DNA of 64,000 bases from Candidatus Hodarchaeota archaeon (GCA_048887225.1 JBHLJY010000007.1:1-64000); one strand, 5' to 3'. Counted from the first letter of the stretch, positions 48,599 through 58,611 are shown. Program-made: numbers and translations. Notes: a model not told the origin generated them from the sequence alone.

Positions 48599-49116
48599 AT
48601 CTCCATACATACTACGCATGCTTTTGCGATATAGTTGAAAGCTTTCTCAACATTATCTCCTGTCTTTGCTGAAGTTTCTAAATAATCGCAGCCCAATCTT
48701 TTTGCTAAATCCTCTGCTTCCGTTCTATCCACCTGACGTTTCAAATCACTTTTATTCCCTAATAAAATCATCGGTATGGTTTTTTTAACTGTCTTTTTTA
48801 TTGATGACACCCACCCTGGGATTTTTAAGAGAGATTGTGGACTAGTTAAGTCATAAACTCCTAGAGCTGCATTGCTTCCTTTGAAATAAATAGTTCGGAG
48901 TTTATGGAATTGTGGTTGCCCACCAATATCCCAAAGAAGTAATCTTACTTGCTTTCCTTCAATTTCAACATCCTTTATTAAAAAATTTGATCCAATAGTC
49001 TTTTTCAAATCCTCACTGAAGTGATCTTTTACAAAACGAAGTAAAAGAGAGGTCTTACCGACGCCTCCTGGTCCAAAGAGAGTAATTTTGAATTTAAATT
49101 CGCTTGATTCGCTGAT
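48595..49116 (-). CDS. Rab-like small GTPase; N-terminus extended beyond the ORF track, apparent ATC (or ATT 49122) start
   Basis: In-frame FKFKITLFGPGGVGKTSLLLRF (G1), TIGSNF (G2), WDIGGQ (G3), YFKGS, VYDLT, GNKSD (G4), ETSAK (G5). Confidence 0.92.
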   Translation of the reverse strand: MSESSEFKFKITLFGPGGVGKTSLLLRFVKDHFSEDLKKTIGSNFLIKDVEIEGKQVRLLLWDIGGQPQFHKLRTIYFKGSNAALGVYDLTSPQSLLKIPGWVSSIKKTVKKTIPMILLGNKSDLKRQVDRTEAEDLAKRLGCDYLETSAKTGDNVEKAFNYIAKACVVCMEI

Positions 49117-49255
49117 TTCAATAACCTTTTTCGAGTTATTTTAAGTCGATTTTGTTTTACTTCTAGTACTAATATTGATATAATTGTTCTAAAATATTTA
49201 TATATTTATAATAACTTTTAGCCAAAAATTATTTTTAATCTCATTTGAATAATTT

Positions 49256-50617
49256 CTATCTTTCAATAACTTTTTCAATTTTTTTCTTTTTTTTAAAGGT
49301 TTCCTTAATTTTTTCAGTTTCTTTTATTACAATCTCTTCAATTTTTTTTTCAATCTTCTTAGCTTCCTTTTTCACGGTTTCTCCCGTCTTTTGCCCTATT
49401 CTACTAATTTGTATCATTATCCATTCGGGTGAGCCTACTCCATTGCCATATTCGTTCCAAATATAAAGAAGGAATCCTAAAAAACCTAGGTAGGCGAGAC
49501 AGACAAATGGAAAAACCACGATGCTAAATTGACCTATATATAAAAGAAGAAAAACATATTCAACTAAAAATAGACTCAAAGATATTTTTCCGTAATATTC
49601 TATCATACTGGTAAATTTATTATCGTGATTCTTAATATCTATGAGATAGAAACAAATAGCAATAAGTAGGAGCGCAGCACCTAAGTTATAAAACATATTT
49701 CCCATTGTACCCCTTATTAAGAATTCAGGCATACCCGGAAAGTTATAATAGTTTTGTTGATTCATAATTGAGTATAATCGTAAATGAGGGTATTCAGATT
49801 CTACCATAGTCTCAGGAGTTTGCAATCGCAGACCTAATATTACTCCAAGTACGACAAAAATTATTCCCCAAATCATAAACAGCCTAAATAAGCGGAAATA
49901 AGCATCTTCAGTTCCTAATATCATTGTATCGTAAAGATATTCACCAAATATACTTGAAATGAAGCAAACTGAGAGCCAAGGGAAAAGCGTTATTTCGGGA
50001 GTTGGTGATGTGACGATAAAATGCGTAAGCCATATTAATGGATTGGAATCCTTTTCTAAATAAAGAAATTCTCTAAAAATTGGTGAAATCAGAATAATTA
50101 TAATCCCAATGACAGCACGAAACCATTTTTTCAATTTTACTGCGTAATATGAGAAAATCTGAGAAAATCCAATAAACATAAGAATGTTCCAACCCCATAG
50201 GTTGAGAGGAAATGGAATATCAGGACGAACCACGCTTAAACCTATTAAATTAAAGATCATTCCCATTACTATAATTGTAAATCCTCTCGAAAAGATTCTG
50301 TTTCGAATCACTTTATCAGGTAATTTTCCTTTTTTTCTCCTAATGCTGAAAATTACGCTAAGCGCAGAAAGGAAAATGAATAGCGATGGTCCCAATATAT
50401 CAAGCGCAGCGTATGCCATACCGTGTATGTATATCCAATCGTCATCAAACCATACACTAGATGTATGGGCAATAATTATAAATATAATCGCAAAACCCTT
50501 GACGAAGTCTATGGATCTAATACGTTGAGGAGACGCGTAATCTCGGATATCTTCAATAGGGATCTCTTCTTTCAAATAACTTACGAGGTCAGGTTTTTTT
50601 TCTTCTTTTGACGACAT
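49256..50617 (-). CDS. Polytopic membrane acyltransferase-like protein (DUF1624/HGSNAT-like); start moved to ATG 50617
   Basis: RIRSIDFVKGFAI, PSLFIFLS, WNILMFIG, LFPWL, GKISLSLFL; about 10 TM segments. Confidence 0.75.
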   Translation of the reverse strand: MSSKEEKKPDLVSYLKEEIPIEDIRDYASPQRIRSIDFVKGFAIIFIIIAHTSSVWFDDDWIYIHGMAYAALDILGPSLFIFLSALSVIFSIRRKKGKLPDKVIRNRIFSRGFTIIVMGMIFNLIGLSVVRPDIPFPLNLWGWNILMFIGFSQIFSYYAVKLKKWFRAVIGIIIILISPIFREFLYLEKDSNPLIWLTHFIVTSPTPEITLFPWLSVCFISSIFGEYLYDTMILGTEDAYFRLFRLFMIWGIIFVVLGVILGLRLQTPETMVESEYPHLRLYSIMNQQNYYNFPGMPEFLIRGTMGNMFYNLGAALLLIAICFYLIDIKNHDNKFTSMIEYYGKISLSLFLVEYVFLLLYIGQFSIVVFPFVCLAYLGFLGFLLYIWNEYGNGVGSPEWIMIQISRIGQKTGETVKKEAKKIEKKIEEIVIKETEKIKETFKKKKKIEKVIER

Positions 50618-50740
50618 TCTTACTATTAATAATAAAACATATTTCCTTAAAAATTTAAAAAACAAATTAATATTTTTAGATATATTTTAATATTAGTTTA
50701 TTTAGTTTTTATGATTTGAACATTTGCATTAAACAAAAAC

Positions 50741-51157
50741 ATGTCTCTAAAAGAAAAATTTAAGACACACATTGATTACAGAATAATAGGATTGGTTGGT
50801 TCAATATTACTGATTATATCTGAATTTTTACCTTGGTTTTCAGGATTCTCATGTTTTGATATTTATATTTTATATACTATCGTAGCTGTAGAAGAATCAT
50901 TTCTATATTTATTTCCACTAATAAGTGGAATCATTTGTTTAATAGCCAGTATTTTAATTATTTTTGACCAATCATATAAAATTAATTCTGTTCTTATTAA
51001 TTTCATTGGTTTGGGTTTTCTAATATTATTTCTTTTTGAAATAATTCCTGGTGAACTGTTTTATCTTCCAAGTGCAGGTATAGGATTTTATTTATGTATA
51101 AGTGGCACTCTTATAACCTTGATTGGAATAATTATGATATTATTATCAAAAGAATAA
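50741..51157 (+). CDS. Four-TM membrane protein of unknown function
   Basis: Hydrophobic segments, FLPWF, GIGFYL. Confidence 0.75.
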   Translation: MSLKEKFKTHIDYRIIGLVGSILLIISEFLPWFSGFSCFDIYILYTIVAVEESFLYLFPLISGIICLIASILIIFDQSYKINSVLINFIGLGFLILFLFEIIPGELFYLPSAGIGFYLCISGTLITLIGIIMILLSKE

Positions 51158-51178
51158 ATATTAAGAAGGTAATAAATT

Positions 51179-52078
51179 ATTAGCAAAAAAAATGAAGATC
51201 TTTTAAAAAAGGATCAGAATCAAGGCATTGAATCTAGTTTTTATTATGCCTTAAGTCACGACATTCGCAGAAAAATTATCAAAATCATTGGTGATGATAG
51301 ATTTTCGTCATTTACGAATCTCAAAAAAATTTTAAAAGTAAGTACTGGTACGATTTATCATCATCTAGATTCATTATCTCAATTGATTGAACAGAAAGAG
51401 GACAAAAAGTATTATTTGACTGACTTAGGAATGTACGCATATAATTCTTTAAAAGAAAATATTGAGATAATAGAATCGCCAGATATTTCAAAACGGGAAT
51501 TTAATTCGCCTTTTTTGAGATTTTTAATGTTTTTAACTCCTAAAAAATTTATTTCATTTGAAGAAAAAGATAAAGTTTATAATTCCATAGTTTCTCTTAG
51601 TATTTTAATGATAGGCGCGATACTTTGTGGATTAAACGCATTTTACACATTTTTTATATTTCATATAGAAACTACAGAAGATATTTATAAGTTAGAAATT
51701 ATTTCTCACGTATATTTTTCTATATTATATATACTTAATTTCATAATTTCTTTTTTGCTCGTAGAAGGAAGTTGTCGTTTATTTTACAAGAAAAAAGAGA
51801 GAACCCTCGATTTCCTCTTTACCTTACCGATTATATTTTATCCGATGGTAATTTACTTATTAATACATTTCATTTTATTATCTTCAGAATTACTTATTAA
51901 AATAACATTTTTCCGTATTATAGATGTCTTTCTACTCATTTTTTTTCAAGTTTTATCCCTGTGGTTGTTAACCTATAGTATTAGTGTGAATAAAGGATTA
52001 AAAATCGAAAATGGATTAATAGTTTCTTTATTTCTACATTGGGGTAGTTTTACAATTGTTTTGTTTTTACTTATTTGA
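51179..52078 (+). CDS. ArsR-type winged-helix regulator fused to a multi-TM (Yip1-like) domain; N-terminus extended, apparent ATT start
   Basis: In-frame upstream YYALSHDIRRKIIKII...SFTNLKKILKVSTGTIYHHLDSLSQLIEQ...YYLTDLG; about 5 TM segments follow. Confidence 0.8.
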   Translation: MSKKNEDLLKKDQNQGIESSFYYALSHDIRRKIIKIIGDDRFSSFTNLKKILKVSTGTIYHHLDSLSQLIEQKEDKKYYLTDLGMYAYNSLKENIEIIESPDISKREFNSPFLRFLMFLTPKKFISFEEKDKVYNSIVSLSILMIGAILCGLNAFYTFFIFHIETTEDIYKLEIISHVYFSILYILNFIISFLLVEGSCRLFYKKKERTLDFLFTLPIIFYPMVIYLLIHFILLSSELLIKITFFRIIDVFLLIFFQVLSLWLLTYSISVNKGLKIENGLIVSLFLHWGSFTIVLFLLI

Positions 52079-52083
52079 ATGTT

Positions 52084-53385
52084 TCATAAATTAATTGAAT
52101 AAAAATCTAATTTTTTGAAGGTTTCCATAATTTTAGTCAATCTTATTCGTGAAGATTCGTAATTTTTCTCTTTTGTAGCTATAAAACATGAATATCGAAT
52201 ATTTCTATTTTGATTTGAGTTATTAAACGAAATTGGGGGAGTAACAAGTTCAGGTATTTCTTTAACCAATTTAGGGATTATTTCTTCCTTAATTTCAATA
52301 GCAGTTTTATTACCATTATAATCCAATTCTATTCTTGAAAATTGTGAAAAATTCCTAAAATGTATTTCAGAGGAACTCAAAGACTTCATTTTAGTATCCC
52401 AGATTAATTCAGCGAGATTCTTATCAACAATATTTCTTATTCCAATATACGAGGTAGTTAATCTTGGATTTATTTCTATGAAATATATTGATTTATCTTT
52501 TTTTCTTATAAAATCAATTCCGTAGTAGCTTGAAAATTTTGAAAGATCCATATTTTCTAAAATTTTGACTAAATTTTTTGTTATTTCTTCATAATTTTCT
52601 GCGGGAGTGGTTCCACCGAGATATTCAGATTCCCCGTTATGATTCTTTATATTAAGATTTTGAGTGTTAACACTTAAAATAATTGGGTTACTCGAAGTTC
52701 CTATCAACGATACACTCAAATCTCTCCCCTCTATAAATTCTTGGAGAATATAATTTCTATTAATATCAAGTTTTTCAGTTAGATCTTTAAAAAACTCTCT
52801 TATTTGTTTTTCATTTTCAAAATAAAAGATATTCCCCGCTCCTACACCATCTTCTGGTTTAATTATTACTGGACAAGTTAATTGATTAAATTTTTGAATA
52901 ATAGAGTTTGCATTAAAATTTTGTTTTTTTCTAGAAATCAGAAATGATAGTGGAGTATTTGCCTTAAAAGTTTTAAAAAATTCATATGTATCTAATTTAT
53001 AAGTGCCTAAAGTTATACCATCTAAATCCTCGCTTAAAATTTCCTTATTATTATTTTTTACGATTTTAGTAAGTTTATAAAGAATATCTGAAAATTCTGG
53101 AGCAATGAGAAAGCAAAATTCGCAATTTTTAACTTCCTTTTCAAACTTTACGAGATAATCATCATTTGCATTAACTTGTTTTATAATATCAGCTTGTAAA
53201 AATTTCTTGTAAGAGATTCCTCTATAATCTAAAAGTATGCTAATTTCAAAATCTAATGATTTAAAATCCTCTATGATTGATCTTAACATCCCAAATCCTT
53301 CGCAAAATAACGAAGTAGGGATGTTAACTTGATTAAATCCACCACCTGAGGCAAATTCAAATAAAAAGATTTTTTTTTTACTCAT
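52084..53385 (-). CDS. ATP-grasp ligase, tyramine--L-glutamate ligase (MfnD)-like
   Basis: FEFASGGG...EGFGMLRS, LIAPE, IIKPEDGVG, LQEFIEG, YYGIDFI, IEINPRLTTSY. Confidence 0.8.
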   Translation of the reverse strand: MSKKKIFLFEFASGGGFNQVNIPTSLFCEGFGMLRSIIEDFKSLDFEISILLDYRGISYKKFLQADIIKQVNANDDYLVKFEKEVKNCEFCFLIAPEFSDILYKLTKIVKNNNKEILSEDLDGITLGTYKLDTYEFFKTFKANTPLSFLISRKKQNFNANSIIQKFNQLTCPVIIKPEDGVGAGNIFYFENEKQIREFFKDLTEKLDINRNYILQEFIEGRDLSVSLIGTSSNPIILSVNTQNLNIKNHNGESEYLGGTTPAENYEEITKNLVKILENMDLSKFSSYYGIDFIRKKDKSIYFIEINPRLTTSYIGIRNIVDKNLAELIWDTKMKSLSSSEIHFRNFSQFSRIELDYNGNKTAIEIKEEIIPKLVKEIPELVTPPISFNNSNQNRNIRYSCFIATKEKNYESSRIRLTKIMETFKKLDFYSINL

Positions 53386-53518
53386 ATCACTTATTATAAT
53401 TTCATTTTTCTGATTTTTAAAGATGAGTCTTTCATACAGTTTATTTAATTAAGTTTAAAAAAAAATGATGAATATCTTATTTAACTCAAATTTAATAAAA
53501 AAACTTTAAGGTTATAAT

Positions 53519-54757
53519 ATGTCATCTTTTTTTCCAGAAGAGACAATGCAGAGAATAAGATTTCTGCATTATAAAATTAAACAACTAGGAGACGCTTTAG
53601 AAAACGACGAAGATTTTAGCTTAGACGATCTTAACTTAGTTTTTGAATATACAATGATTTTAAATGTAATTTATAAAAAAGAAGATCACAAAAAGATTTT
53701 AAAAGAATTAGATATAATTCCATCTTTTCATGATCCTATCGAGGACAAAGAGATAGAAATAAATGATTTGATTTTTGAATGCGCTCGTGCTTTATGGATA
53801 TTGGCAAGAGCTTATTCAAAACTTTCAGATAATTTTGAGGATGAGGAAGATTTTGAGAATGCTATAATTGCAATGGTAGAATGTAGCAAGATTTACAAAG
53901 CAGCGGCCTATTTCAGCGCAGCCGCTATTAATCAAAAAGAAAAAAGCAGTACGCTACTCCCTGATAATTTAGAATTAACTTCTGAAGAAGCTCGCGGGTT
54001 GGCTCAAAGTATTGCTGCCGCAAAGGAAGAAGATAATAATAATTTATATTTTTCCTCAAAATTGTATTCAGGACTCTCATTACTATCAAAAAGATTATTT
54101 TACCTAAAAAAACACAATGAAATAAAAAAACAACAAATAAGAGCCCAATTTCATTATGATATGGGGAAAGCGTGTCACCTAAAAGCCCGTGCATCCTTAG
54201 AATCTTCGATAACAGATATTAATCTAGAAAAAGTAAAGAAATTAAAACAAAAAGCTCAATTTTACTATTTAAAGGCTAAAGATATCTGGGAAAATATGCT
54301 TAACAATTTAAAGGATCTTACAAAAAAGGAAGAAGAGAATTTAGATAACAACATATCTGTAGTTAAGGAGCATCTAAATGAAATCGATGAAGAGATTTTA
54401 GATTACGAAGAGATAAAGAGAATTCAGGATCCTGAGCCAGTTATAGTAGTTCCTGAAAATTTAGCGCCTTTTGTACCGAAATCGACAGTATATTTAACTA
54501 AATTCGTACCGAAAGATTTAAATGTAAAAAGATTTAAGAATTTCCAACGCAAGAAATTGGAACAAAAAATACCTTATAGTAGAAAAGAGAAACTAATAGA
54601 TAAAAAGGCAGGAATCGTTAGAACCTTAAATGAATTAAAACAATTGAAGGATAATAAGGAGATCGCCATAGAGAAATTCGCTGAACTTATGGAAAAATAC
54701 TCTACAAAACTTAAAATGGTAGATACGGCTATAGAAAAACTAAATTCTAAGTCTTAA
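53519..54757 (+). CDS. All-helical protein, probable Bro1 domain (ESCRT-associated ALIX/Bro1-like)
   Basis: IPSFHDP...DLIFECARALWILARAYSKL; LLPDNLELTSEEARGLAQSIAAAK; SSKL; order and spacing resemble the Bro1 consensus as recalled, not searched. Confidence 0.5.
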   Translation: MSSFFPEETMQRIRFLHYKIKQLGDALENDEDFSLDDLNLVFEYTMILNVIYKKEDHKKILKELDIIPSFHDPIEDKEIEINDLIFECARALWILARAYSKLSDNFEDEEDFENAIIAMVECSKIYKAAAYFSAAAINQKEKSSTLLPDNLELTSEEARGLAQSIAAAKEEDNNNLYFSSKLYSGLSLLSKRLFYLKKHNEIKKQQIRAQFHYDMGKACHLKARASLESSITDINLEKVKKLKQKAQFYYLKAKDIWENMLNNLKDLTKKEEENLDNNISVVKEHLNEIDEEILDYEEIKRIQDPEPVIVVPENLAPFVPKSTVYLTKFVPKDLNVKRFKNFQRKKLEQKIPYSRKEKLIDKKAGIVRTLNELKQLKDNKEIAIEKFAELMEKYSTKLKMVDTAIEKLNSKS

Positions 54758-54823
54758 TTTTTTCTGAAAACTTTAATTTTTTAAATTATTTTCATTTTTA
54801 TTTTAAGAACTCTTTATTTAATC

Positions 54824-55093
54824 ATGTCTGATCAATTGGCATTATTAAAAAATATAAAAAGCATATTATCGGATTTAGTTTATATTAATGGAGTAATCGC
54901 AACAGAAATAATAAGAATTACAGAAAATACTGCTGTTATTCGCCGTGGAGAAGAATTCCTGAATAAAAGTACATGTATTCAAGAACATAATCAACTAAAT
55001 AAACGAATTATAGATATAGTAAAAAAAAACTGTCTTAATTTAGAAGACACCACAAGTTTAAAAAATCATGTTTTAAAACACGGAGACCAATAA
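54824..55093 (+). CDS. Small hypothetical protein
   Basis: 89-aa ATG ORF between co-oriented genes. Confidence 0.7.
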   Translation: MSDQLALLKNIKSILSDLVYINGVIATEIIRITENTAVIRRGEEFLNKSTCIQEHNQLNKRIIDIVKKNCLNLEDTTSLKNHVLKHGDQ

Positions 55094-55161
55094 AAATAAT
55101 TCAATTTAAAGCATTTAATTTAAAAGAATAAAAACAATTTAAATTAGCTTAGGGTAATATA

Positions 55162-55884
55162 ATGGATAAGATTAATATAGAAAATATTAATATTCCAATA
55201 AAAAAGGATAACATTTGCCTTAAGGGGTCTATATATTTTTCTTCAAATACTCCCACTAAGGCTCCTTGGATTATAGTTTTAGCTGGTTTATTATATCACA
55301 GAGGTAGTAAATTCGTCAAATCCTACATTGAAAGATTTGCTTACGCAGGATATTATGTTTTATCTTATGATTATCGTGGTCATGGTGAAACCGTTAAAGA
55401 AACGGGAAAATTTAAATATATTGAAATGATACCAAAAATTTATTTGGATATTCATGAAGCTATAAGTTGGATATTAGATAAACAATCTAATAGGATTTTG
55501 AACGACAAAATTGTATTATTTGGAAGAAGTGTAGGAGGAGCAATTATATTAACTAATGGTTTTATAGATGAAAGAGCGAAAATCTTAATTCCTCTTTGTA
55601 CAAGATATGACTATGCATCTATTGGAATTAAATACCCTCAAAATCTAATTGAAAAAATTAGTCCTAAGTATTTTTTAAAAGAAGATCCGTCAAATAATCA
55701 TAGAATTTTAATAGGGCATTGCAAAGATGATCAGAGAATGCCTTTTGAAAATGTTATACAAATAAAAGAGCATCTTGCTTTAAGTGATGAAAATGTTATG
55801 ATATTTGATGAAGGGGGACATTCCTTCAAAGGACATCGAGAGGAAGTATTTGAACGCTCTATCAATTTTTTAAAAAAATTATAA
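55162..55884 (+). CDS. Alpha/beta hydrolase
   Basis: YDYRGHGE, GRSVGG (nucleophile elbow), HCKDD, GGHSF. Confidence 0.88.
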   Translation: MDKINIENINIPIKKDNICLKGSIYFSSNTPTKAPWIIVLAGLLYHRGSKFVKSYIERFAYAGYYVLSYDYRGHGETVKETGKFKYIEMIPKIYLDIHEAISWILDKQSNRILNDKIVLFGRSVGGAIILTNGFIDERAKILIPLCTRYDYASIGIKYPQNLIEKISPKYFLKEDPSNNHRILIGHCKDDQRMPFENVIQIKEHLALSDENVMIFDEGGHSFKGHREEVFERSINFLKKL

Positions 55885-55933
55885 GAAAAGAATTAATAAA
55901 TTAAATATCAAATTATAAAAAAGTGTAAATTTA

Positions 55934-56836
55934 ATGGACAAAATTCTGATTGTAGGACCTGCATCTCAAATTCTTGGGGTAAAAATCGCTCAAGAATTAG
56001 GCATCGAAAGCCTGAATACTGAATTTAAAACTTTCCCCGACGGAGAAAACTATTTAAGAATCAATATTGAAGATGAAACAGAAATAAAAGGAAAAGAAGT
56101 TATAATTGTTCAATCATCTGGACCAAGTTCTAGTGGTAATCAAAATACCAGATTATTTGAACTTTTTATGATGATAGACTCCGTAAAGCGCATTGGAGCA
56201 GCAAAAATCATTGTAGTAATCCCTTATTTTGCTTATGGTCGTCAAGATAAAATATTTAGACCCGGTGAGAGCCAATTTGCTAATCTAATTATAAGAATTA
56301 TAGATTCTATGGGCATCGATGAACTTTATATAGTGGATATTCATGCTCCAGAAGTTTTAGAAGAAACTTTTTGCAAAACTATAAATATTGATTCCATGAA
56401 AGTATTAGCTGATTATATTAAGTCAAAAGGTGCTAAAGATATTGTAGTTGTCGCTCCAGATAAAGGTGCTGTCGAAAGATCGAAAGCTTTTGCGAAATAT
56501 TTTGGAAAAAATGTGCCTGTAGATTGTTTTGAAAAGAAAAGAGATTTTAAAACAGGTGAAATAACAATGTCGGGTAATTTAAGTCTTGAAGATAAAGATG
56601 TAGTAATTTCTGATGATATTATTGCAACAGGCGGTACTATGGCCACAGCAATAAAATTGTCTAAAGAAAGTGGAGCAAATAAAATCTATGCTGTTGCTAC
56701 TCACGCATTGTTATTACAAAATGCAAAATATAGGATATTGAATGCGGGTGCAGATGAAATAATTGGGACAGATTCTATAGATAACGAAGCTGCCAAAGTT
56801 TCATTAGCAAAAACAATCGCAAACTTCCTAATATAA
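55934..56836 (+). CDS. prs: Ribose-phosphate pyrophosphokinase
   Basis: FPDGE, PYFAYGRQDK, VDIH, APDKGA, DDIIATGGTM, ATHA. Confidence 0.96.
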   Translation: MDKILIVGPASQILGVKIAQELGIESLNTEFKTFPDGENYLRINIEDETEIKGKEVIIVQSSGPSSSGNQNTRLFELFMMIDSVKRIGAAKIIVVIPYFAYGRQDKIFRPGESQFANLIIRIIDSMGIDELYIVDIHAPEVLEETFCKTINIDSMKVLADYIKSKGAKDIVVVAPDKGAVERSKAFAKYFGKNVPVDCFEKKRDFKTGEITMSGNLSLEDKDVVISDDIIATGGTMATAIKLSKESGANKIYAVATHALLLQNAKYRILNAGADEIIGTDSIDNEAAKVSLAKTIANFLI

Positions 56837-56848
56837 GAACTAAAATGA

Positions 56849-57391
56849 TTAATAATTATTTATTATTCCCAAAACTATTCTTCTGGTTTTGTTTTTTAAA
56901 TCCTCAATAGTAGAGCTATTTTCTATTTTATATTCAGCTTTCTTAATAACATCCTTTAATCCGAAATGAATTTCCCTTTTGTCCCTTTCTCTTAATTCAC
57001 TAATAGTCTTAGGATCATCGCGACGTCCTCTTTCATAAAGTCTTTTGAATCGTATATTTTCATCAATAACCGTTGCTATTAAAGGGAATTTCCAACTCTT
57101 TCTAAATATATTTATTTCTGCGATTGATCTCACACCATCTACAAAGATAACATCGCACTTTAAATTATTAATTAATTCAACGCACATTTTAGCAATAATT
57201 TCTTGTCCACCTTCGTTTCTTAAATTATTTGCAATCTTTCCTAAATTTACGTCTGTAGGTTCGATACCCCTTATTTTTGCTTCGTTCCGTATTACATCTC
57301 CCATTGTGATTATTGTCCCTAAATCGCTTATTGCTTCCATTGCAGTTGATTTACCGGAACCAGGAAGACCACAGAATCCTATTACTTTCAA
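56849..57391 (-). CDS. P-loop nucleotide kinase (UPF0200, dephospho-CoA-kinase-like)
   Basis: GLPGSGKST, MGDVIR, DGVRS, RGRRDD, RDKRE. Confidence 0.82.
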   Translation of the reverse strand: MKVIGFCGLPGSGKSTAMEAISDLGTIITMGDVIRNEAKIRGIEPTDVNLGKIANNLRNEGGQEIIAKMCVELINNLKCDVIFVDGVRSIAEINIFRKSWKFPLIATVIDENIRFKRLYERGRRDDPKTISELRERDKREIHFGLKDVIKKAEYKIENSSTIEDLKNKTRRIVLGIINNY

Positions 57392-57498
57392 TTTGGTAAA
57401 ATTAAATTTTTAAATATAATTTATATATTAAGTTTATATTTAAATTCTATATAGTCTTAATGAAGAAATGATTAAAAACCGTATAAAAAAATTCATTT

Positions 57499-58611
57499 AT
57501 GAATGTAGATCCAATTTCAGATCCTATTTCTGCTCCTGTTTTTCTTTCATATAAAGCATATAGGAGAATCGTTGGATATGCAACTAGGTATGCTAATAAT
57601 CATATTGATGAGAAAGACTGGAAGGAAGTTTATGGAATATTAATAGGATCCGTAGAAAAAAATAAAAAAGTAGTTATAAAAGACGCCGTTCCTGTTTGTA
57701 CTGGTTTGAGAACAGGAGTAGAATTAGAACCTATACATTATGTAGATTTATCACAAATTGATGCCTCTTTATATGAAAGATTTATTAAAAATAAAACAAC
57801 AGATTTTTTTATCGGATGGTGGCATTCACATCCAGGATTAGGTTTTTTCTTTTCAGAAATAGATTGCAAGACGCATTTAGGATATCAAGATAAAAATCCT
57901 TTCGCTATTGGTTTAGTTTTTGACCATACTAAGATGAGTCCAAATTCTTTGGGTATAGCTGCTTTAAGATTAGATAATCCAGAAAAAGGTATATTTAGTA
58001 AATATGTATTAGTAAAATTAAATTATAAGGGAAAAAAAAAAGCTATAAATCAAAAGATAAAAAAATTAAGAGGTGCTATTCAAAACAACATAAAGATGGT
58101 GCTTAAAGAACTCGATTATATAGATGATATTTTAGTAAGAAGGGAATTAATCAATCTACAGAAAAATTATGGGTTAATTCTAGTTTCAAAAGACAACAAT
58201 TTAGATATTAAAAAGCAAGACAAGGGTAAAATACAGGATGAGAATAAACTATATGTAGGACAGCCAAAAGATTATAAGAAGTCTTATAAAATACCAAGAT
58301 TTAGAAACGAGATCGAAGGAGATTTATTAATGTATTCAACAATTTTAAAACATTTTTCAGAAAGGGGAAATACAATAAAATTTGAAAAGAAATTGACTAA
58401 GTATAAAAAAAAATTAAGAAAAAGGTTAAAAAAACCTAATCAATGGTATAACCGGTTAATGAATGATTTTACAAAAAGAATTGAGATTATAAATCCCTAT
58501 AAAGATTATTTAGACACCAATGAAAGAAAGATCATAGAAGTTTTTAAAAAAACCATAACAGAATATTATAAAATCTTAAATAATCTAAACAAAAAAGCAG
58601 AGTTAAATTAA
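57499..58611 (+). CDS. JAMM/MPN+ metalloprotease (Rpn11/CSN5-like) with helical C-terminus
   Basis: EVYGILIG...IGWWHSHPGLGFFFSEID (complete E, HxH, S, D motif), AIGLVFD. Confidence 0.88.
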   Translation: MNVDPISDPISAPVFLSYKAYRRIVGYATRYANNHIDEKDWKEVYGILIGSVEKNKKVVIKDAVPVCTGLRTGVELEPIHYVDLSQIDASLYERFIKNKTTDFFIGWWHSHPGLGFFFSEIDCKTHLGYQDKNPFAIGLVFDHTKMSPNSLGIAALRLDNPEKGIFSKYVLVKLNYKGKKKAINQKIKKLRGAIQNNIKMVLKELDYIDDILVRRELINLQKNYGLILVSKDNNLDIKKQDKGKIQDENKLYVGQPKDYKKSYKIPRFRNEIEGDLLMYSTILKHFSERGNTIKFEKKLTKYKKKLRKRLKKPNQWYNRLMNDFTKRIEIINPYKDYLDTNERKIIEVFKKTITEYYKILNNLNKKAELN

